Shown here in pieces: positions 16,673 through 28,004 of a stretch of 64,000 nt of DNA. Position numbers and translations under genes: made by a program. How positions within the stretch are numbered: position 1 is the stretch's first letter; each line of letters opens with the position of its first letter. This stretch comes from Oscillospiraceae bacterium (lineage in GTDB: Bacteria > Bacillota > Clostridia > Oscillospirales > Ruminococcaceae). The notes beneath the pieces were generated by a model. The model had not been told where the DNA came from and made no database searches. It was given only the letters and a program-made list of their open reading frames with translations. The stretch lies in assembly GCA_017518255.1 (NCBI GenBank), contig JAFWVK010000083.1, positions 11,146-75,145 on the forward strand, written 5' to 3'.

Positions 16673-18592
16673 TTGAACAGAAATTCAAACAGACCGGTTC
16701 CGAAGCTTTCCGGTAAGGGAAAACCGCGGAGAAACGGAATTCCGCTTGCCGCAATCGGCAGAAAAATTCTGCCGACGGAGATTGTCAGCGAAAAGCTGGA
16801 AAAACGGGAGCGGAAGGCGGCAGAAACAAAATTGCCCGCAGTCGCAAAACACATCAGTGCAGAGGGCAGCGCTCCGCCGCAGAAGAGACAGGCAAATGTG
16901 CAGATGCAGAAGGCACAGAAGGAGCTCCGTGCGAAAACACCGGTGCGCATTATTCCGCTGGGCGGGCTCGGCGAGATCGGCAAGAACATGACTGTGATCG
17001 AATGCGCAAACGACATGTTCATCATTGACTGCGGCCTTGCATTCCCGGATGCGGAGATGTTCGGCGTCGATCTGGTCATTCCGGATTTTTCTTATGTGGA
17101 GCAGAATGCAGACCGCCTGCGAGGCATTGTCCTGACTCACGGACATGAGGACCATATCGGCGGGCTTGCCTATTTGCTGAAAAAAGTCAATACGCCGGTT
17201 TACGGCACAAGACTGACGCTCGCACTCGTTGAGGCAAAGCTCAAGGAGCATCAGCTGATCGGAAAGGTCGAGCTGAATGTCGTTCAGCCGCGGAAAACGA
17301 TTCGTATGGGCTGCATGGGCGTTGAGCTGATTCATGTCAACCATTCGATTCCGGATTCCGTCGGGCTTGCAATTCATACGCCTGCCGGCGTGCTGGTGCA
17401 TACAGGCGATTTCAAGGTCGATTATTCCCCGATTGACGGCGGAATCATTGACTTGGGACGCTTCGGCGAGCTTGGCAGTAAGGGCGTTCTCGCACTGATG
17501 GCGGATTCCACAAATGCCGAACGGCCGGGTTATACGCCGACGGAGCGGAAGGTCGGAGAATCCTTCGATAAGCTTTTTGCCGCCGCAGAGGGCAAGCGCA
17601 TCATCATTGCAACATTTTCCTCCAATATTCACAGAATTCAGCAGATCATCGACTGCGCGGAGGAGAACGGCAGAAAGGTTGCCGTCTTCGGCAGAAGTAT
17701 GATCAATGTCATTTCCATTGCACGCGAGCTCGGCTATCTGGATGTGAAAGACGGCACAATCATTGACATCGAGCTGATGAACCGCTATTCCGCAGATAAG
17801 ATTGTACTGATTACGACGGGCAGTCAGGGTGAACCGATGTCCGCACTGACCCGCATGGCGATGGGCGACCACAAAAAGGTCAATATTACGCCGCAGGATT
17901 TTATCATCATCTCTGCAACGCCGATTCCGGGCAATGAAAAGTATGTGACCCGCGTGGTCAATGAACTGATGAAGTCCGGCGCACATGTTGTGTATGAAAG
18001 AATGTATGAGGTGCATGTTTCCGGTCACGCCTGTCAGGAGGAGCTGAAGCTGATGCTCGCACTGACAAAGCCGAAGTTCTTTATTCCGGTTCACGGCGAG
18101 TATAAGCACCTGAAAAAACATGCCGAGCTTGCGGCGGAGATCGGAATGCAGCGCGATCATATCCTGATCGGGCAGATCGGTGATATCATCGAAACAAACG
18201 GGCTGGAGCTGAAGATAACCGGTCAGGCGCCTGCGGGCAGAGTGCTTGTGGACGGTCTGGGCGTCGGAGATGTCGGCTCGATTGTGCTGCGTGACAGAAA
18301 ACATCTTGCGCAGGACGGTCTGATTATCATTGTACTGGGCATCAACCGGGCGGACAATATCATTGTTTCCGGTCCGGAGCTGATTTCCAGAGGTTTTGTC
18401 TATGTGCGCGAATCCGAGGCACTGATGGAAGAAGCACGCAGCAGGCTCAGCGATGCGCTGGAAAACTGCGCACCGTATGAGCTGCGGGACTGGAACGGAC
18501 TCAAAGGGAAAATGCGGGATGTGCTGTCCGATTATATTTTCGGGACAACAAAGCGTTCCCCGATGATCCTTCCGATTATTATGGAGGTCTGA
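16673..18592 (+). CDS. rnj: Ribonuclease J (with basic N-terminal extension if the TTG start is used)
   Basis: Beta-lactamase/beta-CASP core with HGHEDHIGG and IIPLGGLGEIGKN. The TTG at 16673 follows AGAGAGGA. An alternative ATG at 16904 would give a standard-length protein. Confidence 0.93.
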   Translation: MNRNSNRPVPKLSGKGKPRRNGIPLAAIGRKILPTEIVSEKLEKRERKAAETKLPAVAKHISAEGSAPPQKRQANVQMQKAQKELRAKTPVRIIPLGGLGEIGKNMTVIECANDMFIIDCGLAFPDAEMFGVDLVIPDFSYVEQNADRLRGIVLTHGHEDHIGGLAYLLKKVNTPVYGTRLTLALVEAKLKEHQLIGKVELNVVQPRKTIRMGCMGVELIHVNHSIPDSVGLAIHTPAGVLVHTGDFKVDYSPIDGGIIDLGRFGELGSKGVLALMADSTNAERPGYTPTERKVGESFDKLFAAAEGKRIIIATFSSNIHRIQQIIDCAEENGRKVAVFGRSMINVISIARELGYLDVKDGTIIDIELMNRYSADKIVLITTGSQGEPMSALTRMAMGDHKKVNITPQDFIIISATPIPGNEKYVTRVVNELMKSGAHVVYERMYEVHVSGHACQEELKLMLALTKPKFFIPVHGEYKHLKKHAELAAEIGMQRDHILIGQIGDIIETNGLELKITGQAPAGRVLVDGLGVGDVGSIVLRDRKHLAQDGLIIIVLGINRADNIIVSGPELISRGFVYVRESEALMEEARSRLSDALENCAPYELRDWNGLKGKMRDVLSDYIFGTTKRSPMILPIIMEV

Positions 18593-18625
18593 ATCTCCGA
18601 AGGATAAAAAGGCAGGTGAGGAGAA

Positions 18626-20632
18626 ATGCAGAGAAAGCAGCTGTGGAGACTGTTCTGCTCTGTTGCGCTGCTGGGTTTTTCGTGCCTGGTTGCAATTATT
18701 CTGGCAGCATCGCACTGGAAGAGCGCACTGTTCTGGCTGATTGTGCTGCTGTTTCTTGCGTCGCTGTTCTGGTTTGCAGGCGAACTGATGAAAATGCGTC
18801 AGAATACGATCCGGTATGTCGCAAGAATGAATACGCTGCTGGAGCGCACGATGGAATCTGCACCGGAGCATATGCCGGTTCCGCTGGTGATTCTGAATCA
18901 GCGCTTTGAGGTTCTCTGGTATAATGAGTGCTTTGCGGATTTTGTGCCGCAGGGAAGCGATTTCTTCGGAATGCCGCTTTCGGGCATCATACCGCTCCGT
19001 CCGGATGCGGTCGATGACGGCGAAACCGTGGAGATTGAATTCTACGACCGTCACTATCTTGTTTCCCGCACGGATTATGAGCGGAAAACCGGACACGCGA
19101 TGCTGTACTGCTTTGAGGATATCACAAATTATGCAGCGCTGCGGCGGACCTATATGGATTCAAGACCGTGCGTGCTGATGATCGTTGTCGATAATTTTGA
19201 GGATCTCTTCAACGGAACGCGGCAGAGCGAGCGCGCACTCGTGCTCGCCTCGCTGGAAACGCTGTTCGATAAGCTGCTGGAAGGTACCGAGAGCGTATTC
19301 TGTCATCTTGATGATGACCGCTTCATGATTGTTACGGAGGTGCGCTACTGCATCGAAATGGAGCGTGCGCATTTCCCGCTGCTGGATGAGGCAAGAAAAA
19401 TTCTGGTCAAGGGCAGAAGCAGCCTGACGCTTTCAATCGGTGTCGGCAGAAACGGTCTGACCATTGCACAGAATGAGCGCTATGCGCAGCAGTCGCTGGA
19501 TATGGCACTGGGCAGAGGCGGCGATCAGGCGGCAATCAAGACCGATTCCGGCTTTACGTTCTACGGCGGCGTTTCAAAAGGAATTGAGCATAAGAACAAG
19601 GCAAAGAACCGTGCGGTTGCCCGTGACCTGCACAAGCTGATGATGCGGTGCAGCCATGTCTACATTATGGGTCACCGCGCAAGCGATCTGGATGCGGTCG
19701 GCGCGGCGGTCGGCATTGCGTTTATCGCAGAGCAGACCGGAATTCCGTACAATATCGTGATCCGGACGGAAAGTACAATGGCAAGTCTCCTGACAGACCG
19801 GATTGAGGCGGAGATGCCCGGCTGCATGATCTCTCCGGATGCTGCAAGAAGTCAGCTTACCGACACCGATCTGCTTGTAATTGTCGATACCTTCAGCAAG
19901 GATATTGTGGAGGATGCAGAGCTGTACCGGAGGGCAAGGCATGTAGTTGTCATCGACCACCACAGACAGATGGTCAATTATCTGGACAATACCACGCTGA
20001 AGCTGCATGACCCCTATGCGTCTTCGGCGGCGGAGCTGGTAACCGGTATGATCCAGTTCCTTGATTTCCGCGATCAGATGCCGCAGTTCTGTGCTGAGGC
20101 GCTGCTCGCCGGCATTATGCTCGACACCAAGAATTTTATTATGCAGACAGGCGTTCATACGTTTGAGGTTGCGGCGTTTCTGCGAGAGCGAGGCGCCGAC
20201 CCGATTGCCGTGAAGACGCTGTTTGCGGAATCGCTCGATGCATACCGTTACCGTTCCAGACTGGTTTCCGAGGCAGAGCTGCACGGCAGATTTGCCATTG
20301 CAACGGAAACGGAAGAGCTGCCGGATATCCGGATTATCGCATCGCAGGCAGCAGATGAACTGCTGGGCGTGGAGGGTGTAGCGGCTTCGTTTGTGGTTTA
20401 TCCCTCAAACGGACAGTCGTGCATTTCCGCGCGTTCACTCGGAAAAATGAATGTGCAGGTTATTATGGAGCGGCTCGGCGGCGGCGGCCATCAGATTATG
20501 GCGGCAACGCAGCGAAAGGACTGCACCGTGGAGCAGCTGCGCTCCCTGCTGATTGAAGTGCTCTACGAAACAGAGGCACAGATCAACGCCGCACAGCAGT
20601 CAGCCGCGCAGGACACCGCACAGAAAGGATGA
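18626..20632 (+). CDS. gdpP: GdpP-type DHH/DHHA1 phosphodiesterase (c-di-AMP phosphodiesterase)
   Basis: Two N-terminal TM segments, a PAS-like and a degenerate GGDEF-like region, then DHH (VVIDHHR) and DHHA1 (GGGGH). Conserved position upstream of rplI-dnaB. Confidence 0.9.
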   Translation: MQRKQLWRLFCSVALLGFSCLVAIILAASHWKSALFWLIVLLFLASLFWFAGELMKMRQNTIRYVARMNTLLERTMESAPEHMPVPLVILNQRFEVLWYNECFADFVPQGSDFFGMPLSGIIPLRPDAVDDGETVEIEFYDRHYLVSRTDYERKTGHAMLYCFEDITNYAALRRTYMDSRPCVLMIVVDNFEDLFNGTRQSERALVLASLETLFDKLLEGTESVFCHLDDDRFMIVTEVRYCIEMERAHFPLLDEARKILVKGRSSLTLSIGVGRNGLTIAQNERYAQQSLDMALGRGGDQAAIKTDSGFTFYGGVSKGIEHKNKAKNRAVARDLHKLMMRCSHVYIMGHRASDLDAVGAAVGIAFIAEQTGIPYNIVIRTESTMASLLTDRIEAEMPGCMISPDAARSQLTDTDLLVIVDTFSKDIVEDAELYRRARHVVVIDHHRQMVNYLDNTTLKLHDPYASSAAELVTGMIQFLDFRDQMPQFCAEALLAGIMLDTKNFIMQTGVHTFEVAAFLRERGADPIAVKTLFAESLDAYRYRSRLVSEAELHGRFAIATETEELPDIRIIASQAADELLGVEGVAASFVVYPSNGQSCISARSLGKMNVQVIMERLGGGGHQIMAATQRKDCTVEQLRSLLIEVLYETEAQINAAQQSAAQDTAQKG

Positions 20633-20638
20633 AAGTAT

Positions 20639-21091
20639 ATGAAGGTCATTTTATTGCAGGATGTGAAAGGCACCGGCAAAAAAGGCGAGATTAAGAATGT
20701 TTCGGACGGCTATGCCCGCAATTTCCTGATCGGAAAGGGTCTTGCCGCAGAAGCAACCGCCGCAAATATCAACAAGCTGGAGGGGCAGAAAGCCTCGGAG
20801 CAGCACAAGATTGATGTCGCGAAGCAGGAGGCGGAGACGCAGGCAGCAAAAATCAGCGGCAAAACCGTTGTGGTCAAGGCGAAGGCAGGGCAGGGCGGAA
20901 AACTCTTCGGCGCCGTAACGCTCGGCAATGTCGCCGACGCAATTTCAGAGCAGTTCGGCTTTGCGGTTGACAAGCGTAAACTGAGCACCGGCAGCGAAAT
21001 GAAGAATGCCGGGGACTATACCGCGGAAGCAAAGCTTTATGCCGGTATTACCGCGCAGTTTACCGTATCCGTGGTACCGGACAATGCCTGA
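20639..21091 (+). CDS. rplI: 50S ribosomal protein L9
   Basis: [30 protein letters not shown] is canonical L9. Confidence 0.97.
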   Translation: MKVILLQDVKGTGKKGEIKNVSDGYARNFLIGKGLAAEATAANINKLEGQKASEQHKIDVAKQEAETQAAKISGKTVVVKAKAGQGGKLFGAVTLGNVADAISEQFGFAVDKRKLSTGSEMKNAGDYTAEAKLYAGITAQFTVSVVPDNA

Positions 21092-22454
21092 GGAATTTGC
21101 ACTTCCGTCAGACGGCTTTTCCGGCAGTCTCCCGCACAGCATCGAAGCGGAGCAGTCTGTTCTCGGCTCAATTCTGATTGCGCCGGAAACAATCGCGACC
21201 GCTATGGAATATATCAGACCGGAAGCGTTTTATCAGGAGCAGCACCGGGAACTGTTTCAGCTTATGGTGCGGATGTATTCCGGTTCAAACGCCGAGAAAA
21301 TGGATATCATCGTCATTCTGAACGAGGCGGTGCGCAGCGGGATTTTCGAGAATTCGGCGGAGGGCAAGCGTTATCTGACCGCACTCGCCGAGAGTGTGCC
21401 GTCTGCGGGCAATATTGACAGCTATTGCAGGATTCTTGCGGATAAATACACCGCCCGCTCGCTGGCAACGGTTGCCAGAGATATGCTCAAAGAGATTGAG
21501 AGCGGAACGGAAACCTCACAGAATCTTCTGGATTCTGCCGAGCAGCGGATTTACGATATCCGGCAGGGACGCGATGTCCGCGGGCTGATTCCGATTGAGG
21601 ATGTCGTAGTGGACACCTATCATCATCTCGGTGAGCTCTCCGGACCGGACAGAGAAAAATATCTCGGCGCAAAAACCGGCTTTCCGGAGCTGGACGCCGT
21701 CACCGGCGGCATGACCAATTCCGACCTTGTGATTCTGGCAGCCCGTCCGGGCATGGGCAAGACCTCCTTTGCACTGAATCTCGCAACAAATGTGACGCGG
21801 CGCTCAAAGCGCACCGTTGCGATTTATTCGCTCGAAATGAGCATGGAGCAGCTTGTCTCCCGTATGCTCTCCACAGAGGCGCTGGTCGATTCGCATAAGC
21901 TGCGGACCGGCAGGCTCGACCCGAAGGAGTGGGGCAGAATCGCCCAGAGCGCGGATGTGCTGTCCTCCATGAATATCTATCTCTCGGAATCGACCGGCAT
22001 TACGGTCTCGAAGATGAAGGCGCAGCTGAGACGCATCAAAAATCTCGGCATGGTTGTGATCGACTATTTGCAGCTGATGGATGCGCCGCTGAAATCGGAA
22101 AACCGTGTGCTGGTGATCTCGGATATCACGAGAAATCTCAAGCTGATGGCAAAGGAACTGAATGTTCCTGTGCTTCTGCTCTCACAGCTCAACCGCGGTG
22201 TTGAGAGCAGACCGGATAAGCGCCCGATGATGTCTGACCTCCGTGAATCCGGCTCGATTGAGCAGGATGCGGATATCATCATGTTCCTGTATAATGACTA
22301 CTACTACAACCGGGAAAAATCCGAAGCGCCGAATATTACGGAGTGCATCGTCGCGAAAAACCGTCACGGCGAGACTGCAAAGATCAAGCTGATCTGGGAC
22401 GCGCAGTATACGCGCTTTTCTTCGCCGGAGCGCAGTGAGGCTCCGCCGGAATGA
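21084..22454 (+). CDS. dnaB: Replicative DNA helicase DnaB
   Basis: [16 protein letters not shown]-terminus and Walker [11 protein letters not shown]. Start set at the ATG at 21084, which overlaps the rplI stop. Confidence 0.96.
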   Translation: MPEEFALPSDGFSGSLPHSIEAEQSVLGSILIAPETIATAMEYIRPEAFYQEQHRELFQLMVRMYSGSNAEKMDIIVILNEAVRSGIFENSAEGKRYLTALAESVPSAGNIDSYCRILADKYTARSLATVARDMLKEIESGTETSQNLLDSAEQRIYDIRQGRDVRGLIPIEDVVVDTYHHLGELSGPDREKYLGAKTGFPELDAVTGGMTNSDLVILAARPGMGKTSFALNLATNVTRRSKRTVAIYSLEMSMEQLVSRMLSTEALVDSHKLRTGRLDPKEWGRIAQSADVLSSMNIYLSESTGITVSKMKAQLRRIKNLGMVVIDYLQLMDAPLKSENRVLVISDITRNLKLMAKELNVPVLLLSQLNRGVESRPDKRPMMSDLRESGSIEQDADIIMFLYNDYYYNREKSEAPNITECIVAKNRHGETAKIKLIWDAQYTRFSSPERSEAPPE

Positions 22455-23902
22455 GCGCATCTGAAATTCTGAAAACAGTAATCCGAAGCGGCGCGGGTGT
22501 GCCGCGGACTGCGCAGGTTACCGCAGCGCTTTCCGGCGGCGCAGACAGCACGGCGCTGCTGCTCTGTCTGCATGAAATGCAGGAGGAGCTTGGGTTTTCT
22601 CTGCGAGCTGTGCATGTTCACCACGGCATCCGCGGACAGGAGGCAGACCGTGACGCCGCATTCTGCGAAGACCTCTGCAAACGGTACGGGATACCGTTCC
22701 GCCTGATGCGGGTTGATGCGCCGGCATATGCGGCGGCGGAGAAGCTCTCGCTGGAGACAGCCGCCAGAAAACTGCGCTATGCAGCACTGTATGAAGCTGC
22801 GCCGGAGGGAGAGATTGCAACGGCGCACCATGCGGGCGACAATGCGGAAACCGTGCTGTTTCATCTGATTCGCGGAAGCGGGATGCGCGGGCTCTGCGGA
22901 ATTCCGCCGCGCTCACCGGACGGCAGAATCATCCGTCCGCTGCTCAATGCGGAGAAGGAGATAATTCTTGCGTATTTGCAGGAAAAAAATCAGCCGTTTC
23001 TGGAGGACAGCACCAACGCGGAGCTGCTGAGCAGCCGGAACCGGATCCGGCATCGGATCATTCCGCTGCTGAAGCAGGAAAATCCTGCCGCCGTGCAGCA
23101 TGTCAGCCGGTGTGCGGAGCTGCTCTCCGAAGATGAGGCGCTGCTTTCGCAGCTTGCGGACAGTGCGTATAATACCTGTAAAAATCCCGTCAGCGGCGGG
23201 ATGCGGGGATTGATGCAGTATCCGAAACCTGTGCGGATGCGGGTGTATCTCCGGATGATTGCGGAAACGGAGATGCTTTGTCATGCACAGCATATTGACC
23301 CGGATTACGGAAAGCTCTGCGCCGTGGATGCGCTGACGGAAGCGGGAAAGGGGAAAATCAGCCTTTCTTCCGATGTTTATGCGCAGGCGGAACGGGGCAT
23401 CCTGTATATCGGCAGAACTGTGTCCGATTTGCCGGCGCTGCCGCTGCAGATCGGGAAAAATAATCTGTTTCCGGACAGATTCTGCATCGCGGAATTGTAC
23501 GAAACAGATGCATTATCACGAAATCTTCACAGAAGCGACACAAAGTCTACGCTCGATTTTGATATGATAAGGGGACGGCTTGTTTTCCGCCGTATCTGCG
23601 GCAGAGACCGGATCCGGCTTCCGGGGCGTGATTTTGACACGGAACTGCGCAAACAGGTGCAGGCACTTGTTCCGGTTCCGGAGCGGCAGTCGCTTTATGC
23701 GCTTTATGATGATCTCGGCTGTATTTACTGCGAAAAGGTCGGCATTGCCGCGCGTGTGAGGCCGAGTGCCGGAACGCGCAGGGTTCTCGTCCTGAAAACA
23801 GGCGCAGAACTGCCGGAAAGTGCCGGACAGCCGGAGAAGAATCAAACAGAAACATCAGACGAAGGAGTGAATGATACTTGGGCAAAAATCGCGGAGTACT
23901 GA
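22451..23902 (+). CDS. tilS: tRNA(Ile)-lysidine synthase TilS
   Basis: PP-loop SGGADS and a TilS C-terminal domain. ATGA overlap with dnaB. Confidence 0.9.
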   Translation: MSASEILKTVIRSGAGVPRTAQVTAALSGGADSTALLLCLHEMQEELGFSLRAVHVHHGIRGQEADRDAAFCEDLCKRYGIPFRLMRVDAPAYAAAEKLSLETAARKLRYAALYEAAPEGEIATAHHAGDNAETVLFHLIRGSGMRGLCGIPPRSPDGRIIRPLLNAEKEIILAYLQEKNQPFLEDSTNAELLSSRNRIRHRIIPLLKQENPAAVQHVSRCAELLSEDEALLSQLADSAYNTCKNPVSGGMRGLMQYPKPVRMRVYLRMIAETEMLCHAQHIDPDYGKLCAVDALTEAGKGKISLSSDVYAQAERGILYIGRTVSDLPALPLQIGKNNLFPDRFCIAELYETDALSRNLHRSDTKSTLDFDMIRGRLVFRRICGRDRIRLPGRDFDTELRKQVQALVPVPERQSLYALYDDLGCIYCEKVGIAARVRPSAGTRRVLVLKTGAELPESAGQPEKNQTETSDEGVNDTWAKIAEY

Positions 23903-25893
23903 CTTATCTCATTATCGCGGGACTGTTTATCATCGCGATCTGGGTGCTGCTGCCGTCTCTTGCGGGCGGTCAGCATAAGACACAGTATTCGGACATCATG
24001 AAAAAATTCGATAACTACGAGATCACGGAGTATACATTGGATCTCGGAAGCGGAGAACTGAAATACAAGGAAAAGGGAAATTCCAAGTGGCAGACCTATG
24101 AGGTGCCGAATGTGGGCATTTTCCTTGATGATGTGAAGGATTACCGCGACGAGTACAACAAAAAGAATCCGGAAGAACAGCTGACGCAGGACTATTTCAA
24201 GGTTACGGACAATTCGTGGCTGCTGACGGTCGTGCCGACTGCCATTCTGATGATTATGGCAATTGTACTCTTTGTCGTCATGTTCCGGCAGGCGAACGGC
24301 GGCGGCAAGCTCAACTCCTTCGGCAAGGCGAATATCAAGGCGGCAACCGGAAGCGCCAAAAAGGCAATGTTTGCCGATGTTGCCGGCGCAGACGAGGAAA
24401 AAGCGGAAATGGCGGAAATCGTCGATTTCCTGAAAAACCCGAAGAAATTTGAGGATATCGGTGCGAGAATCCCCCGCGGCATTCTGCTGCTGGGACCTCC
24501 CGGAACCGGTAAAACTTTGCTTGCAAGAGCCGTCGCGGGAGAAGCCGGTGTTCCGTTCTTCCCGATCTCCGGCTCCGACTTCGTCGAGATGTTTGTCGGC
24601 GTCGGCGCCAGCCGTGTGAGAGATTTGTTCGAGCAGGCGAAAAAGCATGCCCCTTCAATTGTGTTCATCGACGAAATTGATGCGGTCGGCAGACACAGAG
24701 GATCCGGTCTCGGCGGCGGCCACGACGAGCGCGAGCAGACTTTGAACCAGCTGCTTGTGGAAATGGACGGCTTTACCGACAAGGAAAGCGTCATCGTCAT
24801 TGCGGCAACCAACCGCCGCGATATTCTCGACCCGGCACTGCTGCGTCCGGGACGCTTTGACCGTCAGATTACGGTTAATTACCCCGATGTCAAGGGCAGA
24901 GAGGAAATCCTCAAGGTTCACAAGGGGAAAAAGCCGATCGGTCCGGATGTTGATTTCCATGAAATTGCGAAGGATACCCAGGGCTTTACCGGCGCCGATC
25001 TCGAAAACCTGCTGAATGAGGCGGCAATTCTTGCCGCAAGAGCAAACCGGAAAGCGATTATCAATTCCGATATTGAGGAAGCGACGATGAAGGTTCTTGC
25101 CGGTCCGGAAAAGAAATCGCATGTGCCGACGGCACGCGACAAGCGGATTACCGCGTTCCATGAGGCGGGTCATGCCGTTGCGGCATATCATCTTGAAACG
25201 CAGGACCGCGTGCAGCAGGTCAGCGTCATTCCGCGCGGTATGGCTGCCGGTATGACATGGACACGTCCGGATACCGAGGACAGCCACATGACCAGAACCA
25301 AGCTGCTCGAAACAATTGTCATGATGATGGGCGGAAGAGCCGGCGAAGCGGTTGCGCTCGACGATATCTGCACCGGTGCTTCCAATGATATCGAGCGAGC
25401 AACCAAGCTTGCCAAGAACATGGTGACGCGCTGGGGTCTTTCCGATGAATTGGGTCCGGTTGCCTACGGCTCCGACAGCGATGAGGTGTTTATCGGCAGA
25501 GATTACGGTCATGTCCGCGATTATTCCGAGGAGGTTGCGGCTAGAATCGACGCGGAAGTGCGCAGAATTGTTGAGGACGGCTATGAGCGCGCACTCCAGA
25601 TTCTCCGCGAGCATCGCGATGAGCACAACCGCCTGAGTGAATTCCTGCTTGAATATGAGCGCGTCAATGAAAAGGAATTCCTGCAAATTATGAGCGGTGA
25701 GCTGACAGTTGAGAGCCGCCGGGCGGAAGAAGCAGCGAAGAAAGAGGCTGCGAAGCTGGCTGCGGCTGCTGCCAAGTCTCAGGCGCAGAACGGCGCGACG
25801 ATCGACGTTCCTGTGTTTGATCAGGATGCACCGGACGGCAGCGCGCAGAACGCGCAGTCCGGTTCAGATGATAAAGGCGAACAGGTATCATGA
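23878..25893 (+). CDS. ftsH: ATP-dependent zinc metalloprotease FtsH
   Basis: Two TM segments, Walker A GPPGTGKT and zinc motif HEAGHA. TTG start after GAAGGAG. Confidence 0.97.
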   Translation: MGKNRGVLTYLIIAGLFIIAIWVLLPSLAGGQHKTQYSDIMKKFDNYEITEYTLDLGSGELKYKEKGNSKWQTYEVPNVGIFLDDVKDYRDEYNKKNPEEQLTQDYFKVTDNSWLLTVVPTAILMIMAIVLFVVMFRQANGGGKLNSFGKANIKAATGSAKKAMFADVAGADEEKAEMAEIVDFLKNPKKFEDIGARIPRGILLLGPPGTGKTLLARAVAGEAGVPFFPISGSDFVEMFVGVGASRVRDLFEQAKKHAPSIVFIDEIDAVGRHRGSGLGGGHDEREQTLNQLLVEMDGFTDKESVIVIAATNRRDILDPALLRPGRFDRQITVNYPDVKGREEILKVHKGKKPIGPDVDFHEIAKDTQGFTGADLENLLNEAAILAARANRKAIINSDIEEATMKVLAGPEKKSHVPTARDKRITAFHEAGHAVAAYHLETQDRVQQVSVIPRGMAAGMTWTRPDTEDSHMTRTKLLETIVMMMGGRAGEAVALDDICTGASNDIERATKLAKNMVTRWGLSDELGPVAYGSDSDEVFIGRDYGHVRDYSEEVAARIDAEVRRIVEDGYERALQILREHRDEHNRLSEFLLEYERVNEKEFLQIMSGELTVESRRAEEAAKKEAAKLAAAAAKSQAQNGATIDVPVFDQDAPDGSAQNAQSGSDDKGEQVS

Positions 25894-25937
25894 GAAGAAC
25901 CCGGCGGGGCAGCGATGCTCAGCCGGGTTCAGTTATC

Positions 25938-25976
25938 GGCAGGAAAACCACCGGCTCAGCCGGTGGTTTTCCTGCC
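25938..25976. terminator. Strong hairpin between convergent ftsH and the symporter gene
   Basis: 17-bp perfect stem GGCAGGAAAACCACCGG / CCGGTGGTTTTCCTGCC. There is no clear U-tract. Confidence 0.5.
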
Positions 25977-25982
25977 AAACTG

Positions 25983-26012
25983 AGCCCCCGCAGTTTCACA
26001 GCTGCGGGGGCT
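25983..26012. terminator. Second hairpin between the convergent genes
   Basis: AGCCCCCGCAG / CTGCGGGGGCT stem. Confidence 0.5.
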
Positions 26013-26024
26013 TGCTGATGTTAT

Positions 26025-27635
26025 TCAGGCTTTCTTTGCTTCGGGCTGTTTGTCATATGCCGAAAATGCATTGTCTACTGTTTCCTTGTCGCAGGATTTG
26101 GTAAAGAGTGAAATCAGCGGGACAAGAACAATCGAGAGAATCATCAGAATCGCGCCGGCATTGATCGGAGAGGCGAGATTCAAAGGCTGTTTCTTTGCCC
26201 AGTTAATCAGGCTTTCAAAATGCTCCGGGAAGAAGGAGAAGATGCACATATGCGCCGAAGTCGTGATGACGCCGAGTGCAAAGCTGATCCAGACAGCAGG
26301 CTTGCTGACCTTTTTGCTGTAAAGACCCCAGAGGAACGGTCCGAGGAAGGAGCCGGACAGTGCACCCCAGGAATAGCTCATCAGTGTGGTAATGGTTGCA
26401 TTTTTGTTCATGGCGATGAGAACCGAAATCAGCAGGAAGAACAGAATCAGAATACGCATGGTAATGAATTCCTTCTTCTCATTCATTTTGCCTTTGGATG
26501 CAGGACGGATGAGGTCGTGCGTCAGTGTTGTGGAGGAGGTGAGAACCAGTGCGGATAGCGTCGAGAGCGATGCACTGAGCACCAGAACGACAACCAGACC
26601 GATCAGGATTGCCGGGAGTGCGGACTGAAGCATATTCGGAACCATTGCATCGAATTCCGGCTTTTTGTTGATAATCGAGATCACGCTCTTGTCGCCGTCT
26701 CCCTCCGGATTCAGCGTGTTAAAGAGACGGGTGAATCCGCCGAGCAGATAGCAGCCGCCGGAGACGATCAGGCAGAAGACGGTCGAGATAATCATGCCGC
26801 GCTTGATGTCCTTTTCGTCGCGGATTGCGTAGAACTTGTGTGTCATCTGCGGGAGTCCCCATGTGCCGAGCGAGGTCAGGATGACTACACCGAAAAGGTT
26901 GATCGGGTCCGGACCGAAGATGCTTGCGAGCTGACCCTTTTTGACATTTGCATCCTCAACGGTTTCGAGCAGGTGGATGGAATCGAACAGACCGCCGTTG
27001 TGATTCAGAACGCAGACCACAACCGCACTGATGCCGATCAGCATAATCATGCCCTGAATGAAGTCGTTGACGGCTGTTGCGGAGTAGCCGCCGAGCACAA
27101 CATAAATCGCGCTCAGGACTGCCATTGCGATCATGACATATTCATATGCATGTGCCGATTTCAGGTCGAATGCCATTGCGAACAGACGGGACAAGCCGTT
27201 GTAAACAGAGGCGGTATAGGGAATCATAAAGAGGAAAACGATCAGGGCAGCGGCTGTTTTCAGCGCGGGGCTGCCGTAGCGCTTCATAAAGAAGTCCGGC
27301 ATTGTTTTTGCATCGAGATGCTTGGTCATCAGGCGGGTGCGCTTGCCGAGCACAGCCCATGCGAGCGTTGCACCGATCAATGCATTGCCGACGCCGATCC
27401 ATGCAGCGGAGATGCCGTATCCCCAGCCGAACTGCCCCGCGTAGCCGATGAACACGACGGCGGAAAAATAGGCAGTGCCGAAAGCGAAAGCGGTCATCCA
27501 CGGACCGATTTTATTGCCTCCGAACACAAAGTCGTTTACGCTTTTTGTTTTCTTTGAGGTGATGATGCCGATTGAAACCATAACGACCGCATAGATCGCT
27601 ACGACAACCGTCGTGATGATTTGGGCTTTTGACAT
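26025..27635 (-). CDS. Sodium:solute symporter (SSF) family transporter
   Basis: A 536-aa protein with about 13 TM segments and SSF-like patterns (GGNKIGPWMTAFAFGTAYFSA...). Substrate not assignable. Confidence 0.85.
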   Translation of the reverse strand: MSKAQIITTVVVAIYAVVMVSIGIITSKKTKSVNDFVFGGNKIGPWMTAFAFGTAYFSAVVFIGYAGQFGWGYGISAAWIGVGNALIGATLAWAVLGKRTRLMTKHLDAKTMPDFFMKRYGSPALKTAAALIVFLFMIPYTASVYNGLSRLFAMAFDLKSAHAYEYVMIAMAVLSAIYVVLGGYSATAVNDFIQGMIMLIGISAVVVCVLNHNGGLFDSIHLLETVEDANVKKGQLASIFGPDPINLFGVVILTSLGTWGLPQMTHKFYAIRDEKDIKRGMIISTVFCLIVSGGCYLLGGFTRLFNTLNPEGDGDKSVISIINKKPEFDAMVPNMLQSALPAILIGLVVVLVLSASLSTLSALVLTSSTTLTHDLIRPASKGKMNEKKEFITMRILILFFLLISVLIAMNKNATITTLMSYSWGALSGSFLGPFLWGLYSKKVSKPAVWISFALGVITTSAHMCIFSFFPEHFESLINWAKKQPLNLASPINAGAILMILSIVLVPLISLFTKSCDKETVDNAFSAYDKQPEAKKA

Positions 27636-27716
27636 ATAAAAGTGCCTCCGTTTGATTGATCTGTCCGTGATGCAGTTTGACGCTTTGAAACGTCACAGCT
27701 TTAACGCGACAAAGTG

Positions 27717-27745
27717 ATTATACCATATTTATCCGACCTTGTCAA
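27717..27745 (-). promoter_or_regulatory. Putative sigma-70 promoter of the symporter gene
   Basis: On the minus strand: TTGACA, 17 nt spacer, TATAAT. Confidence 0.6.
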
Positions 27746-27975
27746 GAGCGAATTCCGCACTTTGCAAAAATAAAACAGAAACTTTTCCGGCGAATCCGCC
27801 CCCGATGCATCATTCCACAACTGCGTGTATTATCACCGGTCAAATTCAGAAAAATAATTTTACATTCCGGATTAAACGAAAAACCGGGCAGTGTGGATTA
27901 CTTTCTTGAATTTGGAAATTATGCACAAAAAATTCATAACAGATTTTACAGTTCCTCCAAAGTTTCAAAAAGCCC

Positions 27976-28004
27976 TTTACAAGAGATGAAAGTTGTATTA
28001 TAAT
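27976..28004 (+). promoter_or_regulatory. Putative sigma-70 promoter of the GH9 gene
   Basis: TTTACA, 17 nt spacer, TATAAT. This implies a 5' UTR of roughly 190 nt. Confidence 0.6.

Noticed and set aside
16685-19096. 803-aa minus-strand ORF opposite rnj and the start of gdpP
   Set aside because: This is the same codon-aligned antisense shadow, since both sense genes share the frame. The product is R/C/H/Q-rich junk, and the sense genes have unambiguous catalytic motifs.
23842-23902. Missing hpt between tilS and ftsH
   Set aside because: Many Firmicutes have tilS-hpt-ftsH, whereas here tilS overlaps ftsH directly. This is a synteny variation only, and nothing in the sequence suggests a deletion scar or pseudogene.
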